Shown here: positions 1 through 7,974 of the stretch, one piece after another
Position numbering within the stretch: position 1 is the first letter of the stretch
How the letters are laid out: every line of letters starts with the position of its first letter
From: Fidelibacterota bacterium
GTDB taxonomy: Bacteria > Fidelibacterota > Marinisomatia > Marinisomatales > S15-B10
Assembly: GCA_046861655.1 (NCBI GenBank)
Contig: JBHIAI010000006.1
Span: 1 to 44,404 of the forward strand
Length of the DNA: 44,404 nucleotides
Direction of reading: 5' to 3'
Notes under the pieces: model-generated
What the model saw: only the letters and a program-made list of their open reading frames with translations
What the model was told of the DNA's origin: nothing
The model's database searches: none
Position numbers and translations under genes: made by a program

Positions 1-2
1 TC

Positions 3-107
3 TACGGTTGTCCCATGCCGGAGCATAGCCATGTCCGCCACACAGGGCCGGGAGAGTGCGAAGAGTGCGGGATGAAACTGGTTCCGGTGAAGCTTAAGAA
101 AACGTAG
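3..107 (+). CDS. 5'-truncated CDS ending in a heavy-metal-binding domain (HMBD-like, CPM...CxxCGMxL)
   Basis: Not in the ORF track. The frame from nt 3 reads YGCPMPEHSHVRHTGPGECEECGMKLVPVKLKKT-stop (TAG 105-107), matching the YxCPMH...PGxCxxCGMxLVP motif seen on CusB-like adaptors and Cu-ATPases. Confidence 0.8.
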   Translation, partial: YGCPMPEHSHVRHTGPGECEECGMKLVPVKLKKT

Positions 108-1361
108 TTGCCATCCCATGCTGGAGCCCCCGGTGTGACACCCTATTTGCTTCTGGGTATCGGCCTCGCACTAGTGTCCTGTTCAGGGCCGTCGCTGATT
201 GTCGAGGATATAGCTTCGCCGGGCGGATCCGGGAGTCGCTATCCCAATCTGTGGGCCACCGGGGAGCAAACTCTCCTCACCAGCTGGCTCGAACCCGGCA
301 CCGGAGACACCTTTTCCCTGCGGATGGCAGAATGGGACGGGGATCGCTGGCAGCCTCCGCATACCGTAGCTTCCGGGGCCAACTTCTTTGTCAACTGGGC
401 CGATTTTCCCTCCCTCTACCAGAGTCGCGGGGACACTCTGGCGGCCCACTGGCTGGTCCGGAGCGCTGGGGGGACCTATGAGTATGATACCCACGTTTCC
501 ATGTCCCCCGACAGGGGTGAGACCTGGTCCGTTCCCATGAAACCTCACCGGGATAACCGGCTTACGGAGCACGGCTTCGTTTCTTTTTTCCCCTTTCCCT
601 CCGCGGATGCAGGCCTGGTATGGTTGGATGGCCGGAACATGGTCCTACCGGGGGGCCCTGAGAAGGAGGATTCCCTCAGGGGTTCCATGTTTCTGTACGC
701 CGCTACCCTGGAGTATGGAGGAAAACTGGGACCTGAAGTGGTCCTGGACAACAGGGTTTGTGAGTGCTGTGCCACCAGTTCTGCCGCGGCAGGAAGTACG
801 GTAGTGGTGGCCTACAGGGATCGTTCGAAGGACGAAGTCCGGGACATCCAGGTGGTCCGGTATGTTTCCGGTTCGTGGAGTGAGCCGGGGAAGGTCCATG
901 AGGATCGTTGGACCCTACCCGGCTGCCCGGTGAACGGGCCGGCTGTGGCCATCCAGGACGGCCGGGTGGCCGTGGCCTGGTTTACCGCCCCCGATGGTGC
1001 GGGCCGGGTGAACGTGGCCTTTTCCCCGGATACGGGAAGAACCTTCCTGGATCCCATAAGACTGGATGACGGGAACCCCCTGGGACGAGTGGATTCCGAG
1101 TGGCTACCGGAAGGCGATCTTCTTGTCAGCTGGATTGAGCTGGTGGACGAAGCGGCTCTGGTGATGATCCGAAGAATTTCCCCTTCCGGGACCCGGGGTC
1201 CCACGATCCCGGTTGGGTCCATCCGTTCCGGCCGTGAAAGCGGCTTTCCTCGCATGGCCCGGCTGGGGAACACCGTGTACCTGGCATGGACCTCCCCAGA
1301 CGTCGAATCCGGTCTGGTCATCAAGCGGATTGGCCCAGGCCGATCTGACGGATCTTCTTAA
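108..1361 (+). CDS. BNR/Asp-box (sialidase-like) beta-propeller lipoprotein with CECC motif
   Basis: Lipobox LVSC after a hydrophobic stretch; Asp-boxes SPDRGETW and SPDTGRTF; FFVNWADFPS, CECC and GCPVNGP motifs. The true start may be GTG at about 135. Confidence 0.75.
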   Translation: MPSHAGAPGVTPYLLLGIGLALVSCSGPSLIVEDIASPGGSGSRYPNLWATGEQTLLTSWLEPGTGDTFSLRMAEWDGDRWQPPHTVASGANFFVNWADFPSLYQSRGDTLAAHWLVRSAGGTYEYDTHVSMSPDRGETWSVPMKPHRDNRLTEHGFVSFFPFPSADAGLVWLDGRNMVLPGGPEKEDSLRGSMFLYAATLEYGGKLGPEVVLDNRVCECCATSSAAAGSTVVVAYRDRSKDEVRDIQVVRYVSGSWSEPGKVHEDRWTLPGCPVNGPAVAIQDGRVAVAWFTAPDGAGRVNVAFSPDTGRTFLDPIRLDDGNPLGRVDSEWLPEGDLLVSWIELVDEAALVMIRRISPSGTRGPTIPVGSIRSGRESGFPRMARLGNTVYLAWTSPDVESGLVIKRIGPGRSDGSS

Positions 1362-1506
1362 CGGATAGACTTCCCTTTTTCGCATCTGCCCGGGCCGATT
1401 ACGGAAGCCTGTGGCGGAACAGGACGTGACCGGTCCGTGAGCCGTGAAAGGTGGCGAAAGTGTTGAATGCAGAGCCTCACGGGAAGTGGCAGAGCCGTTT
1501 TTTTTC

Positions 1507-1536
1507 TTGACATTTAGGTCGGAACATGGGTACCAT
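1507..1536 (+). promoter_or_regulatory. sigma70-type promoter TTGACA-18-TACCAT
   Basis: TTGACA 1507-1512 preceded by a T-tract; TACCAT 1531-1536; about 210 nt upstream of the small membrane protein gene. Confidence 0.6.
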
Positions 1537-1754
1537 AATCGAGCAAGGTGAGGCGGATGATCTCGGGGCTGTTAGGGAATCCGGCAGGTTTTTCCCTCGA
1601 GAGTTCCAGATATCAGACCAAAGAGCGGGATTCCTTCGATCGATCTTTTCTCGGACATCTATTTCGACCACAGGATCGCAGCGGTTTTTGACATTCATGG
1701 GATGGCTTGCCAGGTCATCCATCGTTCATCGAGAACCAAGTAGGAGGGTACACT

Positions 1755-1976
1755 ATGGCTGCTCTAAAGGACACCTTGGAAACGATCACCGGTTGGCTCA
1801 AGGACATCGTTAATTTCGGTTTGGCATTGGTGCTGGTATTTCTGGTGGTGGATATTCTGTTTGCTGGATATACCGGTATCGTTGGCAACCTCGCCAGCTT
1901 TGTCGACAGTTTCGTCCAGGAAGGTGTGGTCGGGTGGATCATCCTCATCGCTATCGTGGCGATCTACAGGTCCTAG
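1755..1976 (+). CDS. Small (73 aa) hypothetical membrane protein, paralog 1
   Basis: Strong SD AGGAGG at 1742-1747 and ATG at 1755 (the ORF track starts it too early). Amphipathic N-terminal helix plus two hydrophobic segments; clear similarity to the next gene. Confidence 0.85.
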   Translation: MAALKDTLETITGWLKDIVNFGLALVLVFLVVDILFAGYTGIVGNLASFVDSFVQEGVVGWIILIAIVAIYRS

Positions 1977-1990
1977 TCAACTGAATAGAG

Positions 1991-2030
1991 AAGTTCGTGC
2001 CCCGAGCCCCGGGGCCCAACTTTCCCTTTT
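1991..2030 (+). terminator. Putative intrinsic terminator or stabilising hairpin between the paralogs
   Basis: GCCCCG/CGGGGC stem extended by AAGTT/AACTT, followed by a TCCCTTTT pyrimidine tail. Confidence 0.45.
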
Positions 2031-2106
2031 AACGGGACCAGGGAGTTATGCCCGGCAGGAGAGTAACAGAGACTGCCAGGATTCATAAATGAGGGAGAAT
2101 TGACTT

Positions 2107-2323
2107 ATGGCGTCAATAAGAGATACGGTCCAGAGTGCAACCGGCTGGCTCCGGGATATATTCGAATTCGGTATCGCCATCGTCCTTTTGTTCGTGGTGA
2201 TCGATATCCTGTTTCCGGAAACCACCGGTGTGGTGGAAAACATCGGCGAGATTGTCAGTGCGTTCTCCACGGAAGGTTGGCCTGATTGCCCTACTGGTCT
2301 TCTTGTGGATTTATAAGCGTTAG
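2107..2323 (+). pseudogene. Small membrane protein paralog 2, frameshifted at about 2275 (pseudogene or sequencing indel)
   Basis: Aligns with paralog 1 up to ...STEG. The in-frame tail WPDCPTGLLVDL is unrelated, but the shifted frame gives VGLIALLVFLWIYKR-TAG (2321-2323), colinear with paralog 1's VGWIILIAIVAIYRS. Confidence 0.75.
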
Positions 2324-2402
2324 ACGGTAGCTTTAATGTAGGTCGTACGGTTCCTCTCCGATAGAAGAGATCGGGATTGTCAATCGGGAGCTGTCGAAAG
2401 AT

Positions 2403-2457
2403 CCCAATCCGTCTCAGCCTGCCAGTCGGCGGGCTGAGCCAGGATTGGGGTTTTGTT
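2403..2457 (+). terminator. Long GC-rich hairpin with U-rich tail
   Basis: CCCAATCC(2403-10)/GGATTGGG(2442-49) outer stem and CTCAGCCTGCC(2413-23)/GGCGGGCTGAG(2428-38) inner stem, followed by GTTTTGTT. Confidence 0.65.
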
Positions 2458-2496
2458 ATGGGGCTTATGCCGGGTGCCGGGGGCATCCCAATTGGC

Positions 2497-2525
2497 TTGA
2501 TTTTCGGGGGTGCCCACTGTAATTT
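2497..2525 (+). promoter_or_regulatory. Promoter TTGATT-17-TAATTT for the yajC operon
   Basis: TTGATT 2497-2502, TAATTT 2520-2525, then SD GGAGG before ATG 2553. Confidence 0.65.
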
Positions 2526-2552
2526 GACCGTCTCATAAGGGAGGTTGCATTC

Positions 2553-2876
2553 ATGGACATTCTTTTTGCTCAAGGTAACGGACCGTCGGGAGGTGGCTTT
2601 CTTGGGCTACTCCCCTTTGTCCTGATCATCTTTGTCATCTACTTTCTCATGATCCGTCCCCAGATGAAGCAGCAGCGGGCGAAAAGGGAGATGCTGGGGA
2701 AGCTAAAGAAGGGGGACAGGGTCATCACCACGGGGGGCGTTTTCGGCACCATCGCGGGATTTAAGGACAAAGATTCCGTAGTGGTATTGAACGTGGACAA
2801 GAATGTGGCCTTGAAGGTAAGCAAATCGGCCATATCGGCCCTGGCCGAACCGGGCAAAGACACCGGGGGGGACTGA
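2553..2876 (+). CDS. yajC: Preprotein translocase subunit YajC
   Basis: N-terminal TM, YFLMIRPQ and LKKGDRVITTGG motifs; strong SD. Confidence 0.97.
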   Translation: MDILFAQGNGPSGGGFLGLLPFVLIIFVIYFLMIRPQMKQQRAKREMLGKLKKGDRVITTGGVFGTIAGFKDKDSVVVLNVDKNVALKVSKSAISALAEPGKDTGGD

Positions 2877-3451
2877 TGGCGGTCCTGCCTGTGATCAAGT
2901 ACGGCGATCCTATTCTCGGCAGGAAAACGCAGCCCCTGGATGATTTTTCGATCCCGAAGCTTCAGGACCTTGTACAGAACATGTTTGATACCATGTATGA
3001 AGAAGAGGGGATTGGATTGGCGGCCAATCAGGTCGGTGTGGATCTCAACCTTATGGTCATTGACATCACTCACGTTTCCCAATCTGGTGAGATGAGTCCG
3101 GAAGAGGGACAGCCTAACCCCAAGGAATTCGATCGGCCCCTCGTTTTCGCCAACGGTGAAATCTTGGAAGGGTGGGGAGGGAACGCCATGGAGGAGGGGT
3201 GTCTGTCTCTTCCGGGGATCCGGGTGGATGTGGAACGTTTCGAGGGTGTCCGTTTTGGTTTTCAAGAACTCTCGGGTGATCCGCCCAGGATCTCCTATGG
3301 AAAAAGGCGCGTGGAGAAATTCCAGGGACTTCTTGCCCGGGTTATCCAGCATGAAATGGACCATCTGAACGGGCTCGTCATCGTGGATCGCGTCAGTTCC
3401 CTTATGCGTCAGCAGTTCAGCCAGCAACTCAAGCAGATTGCTTCTCACTGA
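2876..3451 (+). CDS. def: Peptide deformylase
   Basis: GIGLAANQVG, EGCLS and QHEMDHLNG motifs; TGATG overlap with yajC. Confidence 0.97.
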   Translation: MAVLPVIKYGDPILGRKTQPLDDFSIPKLQDLVQNMFDTMYEEEGIGLAANQVGVDLNLMVIDITHVSQSGEMSPEEGQPNPKEFDRPLVFANGEILEGWGGNAMEEGCLSLPGIRVDVERFEGVRFGFQELSGDPPRISYGKRRVEKFQGLLARVIQHEMDHLNGLVIVDRVSSLMRQQFSQQLKQIASH

Positions 3452-3488
3452 GATTCTCCGCTCCGGTTAGGGGCGAACTCCCGGCCCG

Positions 3489-4439
3489 ATGCGTATCGTG
3501 TTTATGGGTAATCCCGCTTTCGCGGTTCCGAGCTTGTCTGTTTTCTTGTCTTCGGCGCACCAGATCGCGGCGGTGGTCACCAGTCCGGATAGGGAACGGG
3601 GAAGAGGTCGACATCCCGGGCCAACACCGGTGGCGTCGTTTGCCTCAGAGCATGGACTGGATCTGGTTCAGCCCCATGATCTGAATGATCCTTTCGTCGT
3701 ATCTCGCCTCACCGGGATGGGGCCCGACCTTTTTGTTGTGGTGGCTTTCAAGATACTTCCTGAGGTCTGGCTCCGGATCCCGAAGGTGGGAAGCGTGAAC
3801 TTGCATGGGTCTTTGCTGCCAGAGTACAGAGGGGCGGCACCCATCCACTGGGCCCTCATGAACGGGGATTCCGTCACAGGGCTCACCACGTTCATGCTGG
3901 CTCCCGCCGTGGATACCGGGGACACGCTCATGACCAAAAAGGTCGTAATCCTTCCGGACGATACTCTTGGATCGCTGTCTCGCAGGATGTCCCTATTGGG
4001 AGCCCGCCTGCTCAGAGAGACAGTAGACAGACTGGAATCGGGAACGGCGAAACCAGCTCCCCAGGACAGCACTGTGGCAACGAAGGCTCCAAAGATCAGG
4101 TCATCTCATCGAAGAATAGACTGGGAAAAACATGCCCGGGAGGTCCACAACCTCATCCGGGCCCTTTCGCCGGCTCCGGGCGCTTACACCGAATTCAGGG
4201 ACGGAAGGCTGAAAATATTCAGGTCAAGAATGTCTACCCGGGGGGGTCATCCCGGCGAGATTATCTCAGTGAACAAGGAATGCATCGGTGTGGCCTGCGG
4301 CTGGGGTTCCGTAGAGTTGCTTGAGCTCCAGTTGGAGGGGAAACGTCGCATGAGTACGAGGGACTTTCTTGCCGGGACACCGCTGGAAGCGGGAGAGAAA
4401 CTGGGGGAAGAAAGCCCCGTTAAGGGGACGGGGAACTGA
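3489..4439 (+). CDS. fmt: Methionyl-tRNA formyltransferase
   Basis: MRIVFMG start, NLHGSLLPEYRGAAPI, VDTGD; follows def. Confidence 0.97.
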   Translation: MRIVFMGNPAFAVPSLSVFLSSAHQIAAVVTSPDRERGRGRHPGPTPVASFASEHGLDLVQPHDLNDPFVVSRLTGMGPDLFVVVAFKILPEVWLRIPKVGSVNLHGSLLPEYRGAAPIHWALMNGDSVTGLTTFMLAPAVDTGDTLMTKKVVILPDDTLGSLSRRMSLLGARLLRETVDRLESGTAKPAPQDSTVATKAPKIRSSHRRIDWEKHAREVHNLIRALSPAPGAYTEFRDGRLKIFRSRMSTRGGHPGEIISVNKECIGVACGWGSVELLELQLEGKRRMSTRDFLAGTPLEAGEKLGEESPVKGTGN

Positions 4440-4538
4440 CAGGGGGATTCCGCGTATGGGAAACGGTTTCCCCGAGAACCCTGTCATGGGTAGACTACTA
4501 GCAGAACCGGCGTTCCCGGTTTCTGAGGGACACCCAGG

Positions 4539-5303
4539 GTGACCATGAGGTCTCTTATCAGGATCATCATCGTGGTTGTGGCTTTCGCTGGCCTGGGTAT
4601 TCTTCTTCTTGACCGGCTTATCATGCCCGCCTATGTGGCGCATGACCAGGAGCGGTACTTGCCGGATGTGAGGGGACTCTCTTTTGAGGAGGCAAGAGAC
4701 CGCCTGGCGCTGGAAGGATTCGATGCCCTGAAGGGTGACGTTAAGTTCACAGACAGTCAGCCTCCCGGGACGGTCATTGACCAGTATCCCAGGGTGGGAC
4801 GCAGCGTCAAACCCGGCCGGAGAGTCCGGCTCACCGTGGCGGAACGGGAGAGAATGGTTGTGGTTCCAGACCTTGTGGGGAAGTCCATGAGGAGTGCCAG
4901 ATTGGAGATCACCGAGTCAGGGCTCAGAATCGACTCACTTATCACTGAGTACGATGTGGAAGTTCCGAGGGATGTGATCAAGTGGCAGTATCCCCGGGCA
5001 GGGGATCACTTGAGAAGGGGAAGCGGCCTGACTCTTATCATAAGTCAGGGAAAACCGCCCGATTTCTATCAAGTTCCCCAGCTGTTCGGACTGAGTCTGG
5101 CCCAGGCGGAAACGCTGCTGGATGAAGCCCAGCTGGAAGTGGGCAGGATTACGTACCGTCAGAATGAAGATCTGGTACCGTACACCGTCCTGGACCAATC
5201 CGTGGAGGCCGGGACCATCGTGGATCATCCCATAGCCGTTAATTTAACGGTGAGCATCATCAACCTGGATGATGTCTACAAGAACCTAACCACCCCTAGA
5301 TAA
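4539..5303 (+). CDS. PASTA domain-containing membrane protein (three PASTA repeats)
   Basis: N-terminal TM and three (V/L)P(D/Q)(V/L)xG repeats, with VIDQYP, VIKWQYP and VLDQS motifs. Confidence 0.9.
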   Translation: MTMRSLIRIIIVVVAFAGLGILLLDRLIMPAYVAHDQERYLPDVRGLSFEEARDRLALEGFDALKGDVKFTDSQPPGTVIDQYPRVGRSVKPGRRVRLTVAERERMVVVPDLVGKSMRSARLEITESGLRIDSLITEYDVEVPRDVIKWQYPRAGDHLRRGSGLTLIISQGKPPDFYQVPQLFGLSLAQAETLLDEAQLEVGRITYRQNEDLVPYTVLDQSVEAGTIVDHPIAVNLTVSIINLDDVYKNLTTPR

Positions 5304-5305
5304 CA

Positions 5306-5887
5306 GTGGCCAGCTACGTCAACGAAATCTACCGAAAGCTCATGCACATTTCTTCGGCTGCTATTCCCCTGGCCTACGTCTGGCTCCTGGATCGGGAGCA
5401 GCTCGTTTGGATTCTGGGCGTGGCCTCCATCGTCGTCTTCGTGGGCGAAGTGCTCAGGATGAAAATCCCCTTTTTTATGCTCCTTTACCGAAAGCTTTTC
5501 GGGATGTTCGTCAGGGACGAGGAAAACGATTCCTTCACGGCCCTCACCTTCAGTCTGATAGGGGCCCTCCTGACCGTTTTCCTGTTCGAGAAAATGGTGG
5601 CAGTCTACGCCCTCCTTGTCATGGCCCTGGCAGACTCTGTTGCAGCTCTGGTTGGCCTCAGGTGGGGGAGGACCCCCCTGTTTGACAAAACGGTACAGGG
5701 AACCGTCACCTTTCTGGTTATCGCCCTTATTCTGGCCTTCGCAACCCCTGGGATTCCCCGGATACCGGCAGCGGTGGCTGCTGCGGTTGCCACGGTGGTG
5801 GAGCTGTTTCCATCCCCTCTGAACGACAACTTGCTGGTTCCCCTGACCACGGCCGTTACCCTGACGTTGACCCATCTGGTGATATGA
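5306..5887 (+). CDS. SEC59/DGK1/VTE5-family CTP-dependent polyprenol/diacylglycerol kinase
   Basis: RKLMH, ADSVAALVGxxWG, KTVQG and NDNL motifs; multi-TM. Confidence 0.8.
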   Translation: MASYVNEIYRKLMHISSAAIPLAYVWLLDREQLVWILGVASIVVFVGEVLRMKIPFFMLLYRKLFGMFVRDEENDSFTALTFSLIGALLTVFLFEKMVAVYALLVMALADSVAALVGLRWGRTPLFDKTVQGTVTFLVIALILAFATPGIPRIPAAVAAAVATVVELFPSPLNDNLLVPLTTAVTLTLTHLVI

Positions 5888-7974
5888 GTTTCCTGGTCCC
5901 CTCGATTCTCTGGGGCCTTTTCGCTGCCGTCCTACCTCTTATCATTCATCTGGTGAGTGTTCGACGCACCCAGAAAGTGGAGTTCAGCACCATCCGGTTC
6001 ATCAAGTCTTTGGAGCACGATACCATTCGGAAGCTGAAGCTCAGACAGTGGATTCTTCTGGCGCTCAGGACTCTCGCGGTCATCCTCGTGGTTCTCGCGT
6101 TCGCCCGGCCGGTGAAGGTGGGCTATTTCCCTCCCTGGGCAGCGGGCCAGCAGACCAGCAAGCTGGTTTTTCTCGTGGATAATTCCGCGTCCATGTCTGC
6201 CCGGTTTCATGGGGAGAGCCTTCTGGGAAGGTCCAAGAAAACTCTCTTGAAGATTGTAAAGGGAGTGGAAGGAAAACTCAAGATTGACATCTACCAGACC
6301 ACTCCCCTTCTGAAGCGGTACTCAACAGACTCCTCCGACCTCACCGATCTGGAGAGGAACCTTTCTCTCATCAGGGAGAGTCAGGGCCGGGATGAGCTGT
6401 GGAATGCCATTCCCATGGTGTTGAACGAAGCCGCCCAGGGCAGGGGCGTAGCTTTTCGACCGGCGAACTGGGAATTCTACGTGTTCAGCGATTTTCCTTC
6501 GCCCGTTCCCCATGACTGGAGTCCTGTGATCTCCGAGGGGCAGGGGGGTGTCCCAGAGTGGCGCTATTACCTGTTTCCACAGCCTGAGCTGGAGCATAAT
6601 CTTTCGGTGGCGTCGACGAAAGTTTCTTCCCAGCTCCGGTTTCCGGACCAACTGGTCACAATCGTGGGTCAGGTGGAGAATCAGGGATCGGAGTCCCAGG
6701 GAGACGTACCTGTTCAGCTCTACTTTGAAGAGGATCGTGTGGGACAGGTTGTGGCGGATTTCGCTCCTTTTGAGAAGAAAGACTTCTTGTTCCGGGCCTT
6801 TCCAGACGGAGCCGGGCTTGTCCATGGGGTGCTGGAGATTCCCGATGATGATTTTGGTCTGGACGACCGGATGTTCTTTCACTTCTCGGTTCCTTCCAGG
6901 ATTCGATGCAAGGTGGTGGGTCCCTCGGAGGATGAGCTGACTTTTGTCAATCTCGCAGTGGCCTCCATCAATGACGATCGAGAATTTGTGACTCTGGACG
7001 CTCTGTCATCCTACGCCGTCAGCACCCTTTCTCTCGATGACGTAGACGTTCTCATCCTGGTGGATCCGTCCCAGCTCAAGCCCGCGCTGGTGGATGAGAT
7101 CGGCGAATTCTTGAGGAGTGGCGGCGGCGTGATTGCCTTTCTGGGGTCCGACTATGAAACGTGGACTGATTCGGCTTCGGTGTCTACATTGGGCTTTCCC
7201 CAGGTGGGCAACGTGATCCGCCTCGGTGGCGAGTCATTCCACCAGGTGTCGGATATCGACAGGACACACGCCCTTTTTGAGGGGTTTCCCGTGATTGACC
7301 TCGCCGAGGAAATGCCCCGGGTATTCGCCCACGTGCCATTAGATCCAGACAGAACCTTTGATGAGGTGCTAACCCTGTCAGACGGAGATCCCTTCCTGGT
7401 GGAAGCGAGTGAGGGCGGTTCGAACATGTTCTTCTTCACCGCACTACCTGATCTCAGATGGACCGACCTCCCTGTACGGGGGATATTCGTTCCCCTGCTT
7501 CACAGGATGTTGGTCTATCTGGCCACGGATGATGATAAAGCCGCCAGCGTCGAGGTGGGGAGCACGGTGGAAATCCCCCTGGGCCGGGACCTCATATCGT
7601 CTGACTTGAGGCTTGTGAAGCCGTCGCGGTCACCGGTGTTTCTGGTACCCGATTATCGCAAGGAGATCGCGGTCATTGACGAGGTGGACGAGGCGGGGAT
7701 TTACAGGGTGTATTCCGGGGACCGGCCGGTCTCGTCCTTCGTGGCTAACCTTTCCCCGGCAGAAAATCCGGTCAACCGGATGAAAACCAGGAATCTGGCC
7801 AAAGTCTTTTCCTCTAATCGGTCCTGGATCATTGAACATGATGAAAATGCTCTGGAATCGGTTGCAAAAGCCCGTCGCGGTACGGACCTGTGGCCTCTGT
7901 TCGTGGTAGGGGTTCTGGGTATCCTCATGGTGGAAACCTGGGTGGGAAGAGTCCGAAAGAGAGAAGGGGAGTGA
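5884..7974 (+). CDS. BatA-domain / vWA-like membrane protein
   Basis: N-terminal BatA motif (PLIIHL...FSTIRF...LLALRTL...AFARP), DNSASM partial MIDAS, Ig/CARDB-like and GATase-like middle regions, C-terminal LWP-TM-ET. Confidence 0.85.
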   Translation: MSFLVPSILWGLFAAVLPLIIHLVSVRRTQKVEFSTIRFIKSLEHDTIRKLKLRQWILLALRTLAVILVVLAFARPVKVGYFPPWAAGQQTSKLVFLVDNSASMSARFHGESLLGRSKKTLLKIVKGVEGKLKIDIYQTTPLLKRYSTDSSDLTDLERNLSLIRESQGRDELWNAIPMVLNEAAQGRGVAFRPANWEFYVFSDFPSPVPHDWSPVISEGQGGVPEWRYYLFPQPELEHNLSVASTKVSSQLRFPDQLVTIVGQVENQGSESQGDVPVQLYFEEDRVGQVVADFAPFEKKDFLFRAFPDGAGLVHGVLEIPDDDFGLDDRMFFHFSVPSRIRCKVVGPSEDELTFVNLAVASINDDREFVTLDALSSYAVSTLSLDDVDVLILVDPSQLKPALVDEIGEFLRSGGGVIAFLGSDYETWTDSASVSTLGFPQVGNVIRLGGESFHQVSDIDRTHALFEGFPVIDLAEEMPRVFAHVPLDPDRTFDEVLTLSDGDPFLVEASEGGSNMFFFTALPDLRWTDLPVRGIFVPLLHRMLVYLATDDDKAASVEVGSTVEIPLGRDLISSDLRLVKPSRSPVFLVPDYRKEIAVIDEVDEAGIYRVYSGDRPVSSFVANLSPAENPVNRMKTRNLAKVFSSNRSWIIEHDENALESVAKARRGTDLWPLFVVGVLGILMVETWVGRVRKREGE

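Noticed and set aside
1440..1500. c-di-GMP-I riboswitch (GAAA...GCAGAGCC resemblance)
   Set aside because: The stem around GAAA does not pair, and the region lies upstream of the predicted promoter.
1570..1600. Cobalamin riboswitch (AGGGAATCCGG)
   Set aside because: There is no following GTGxAAxTCC segment or B12 box.
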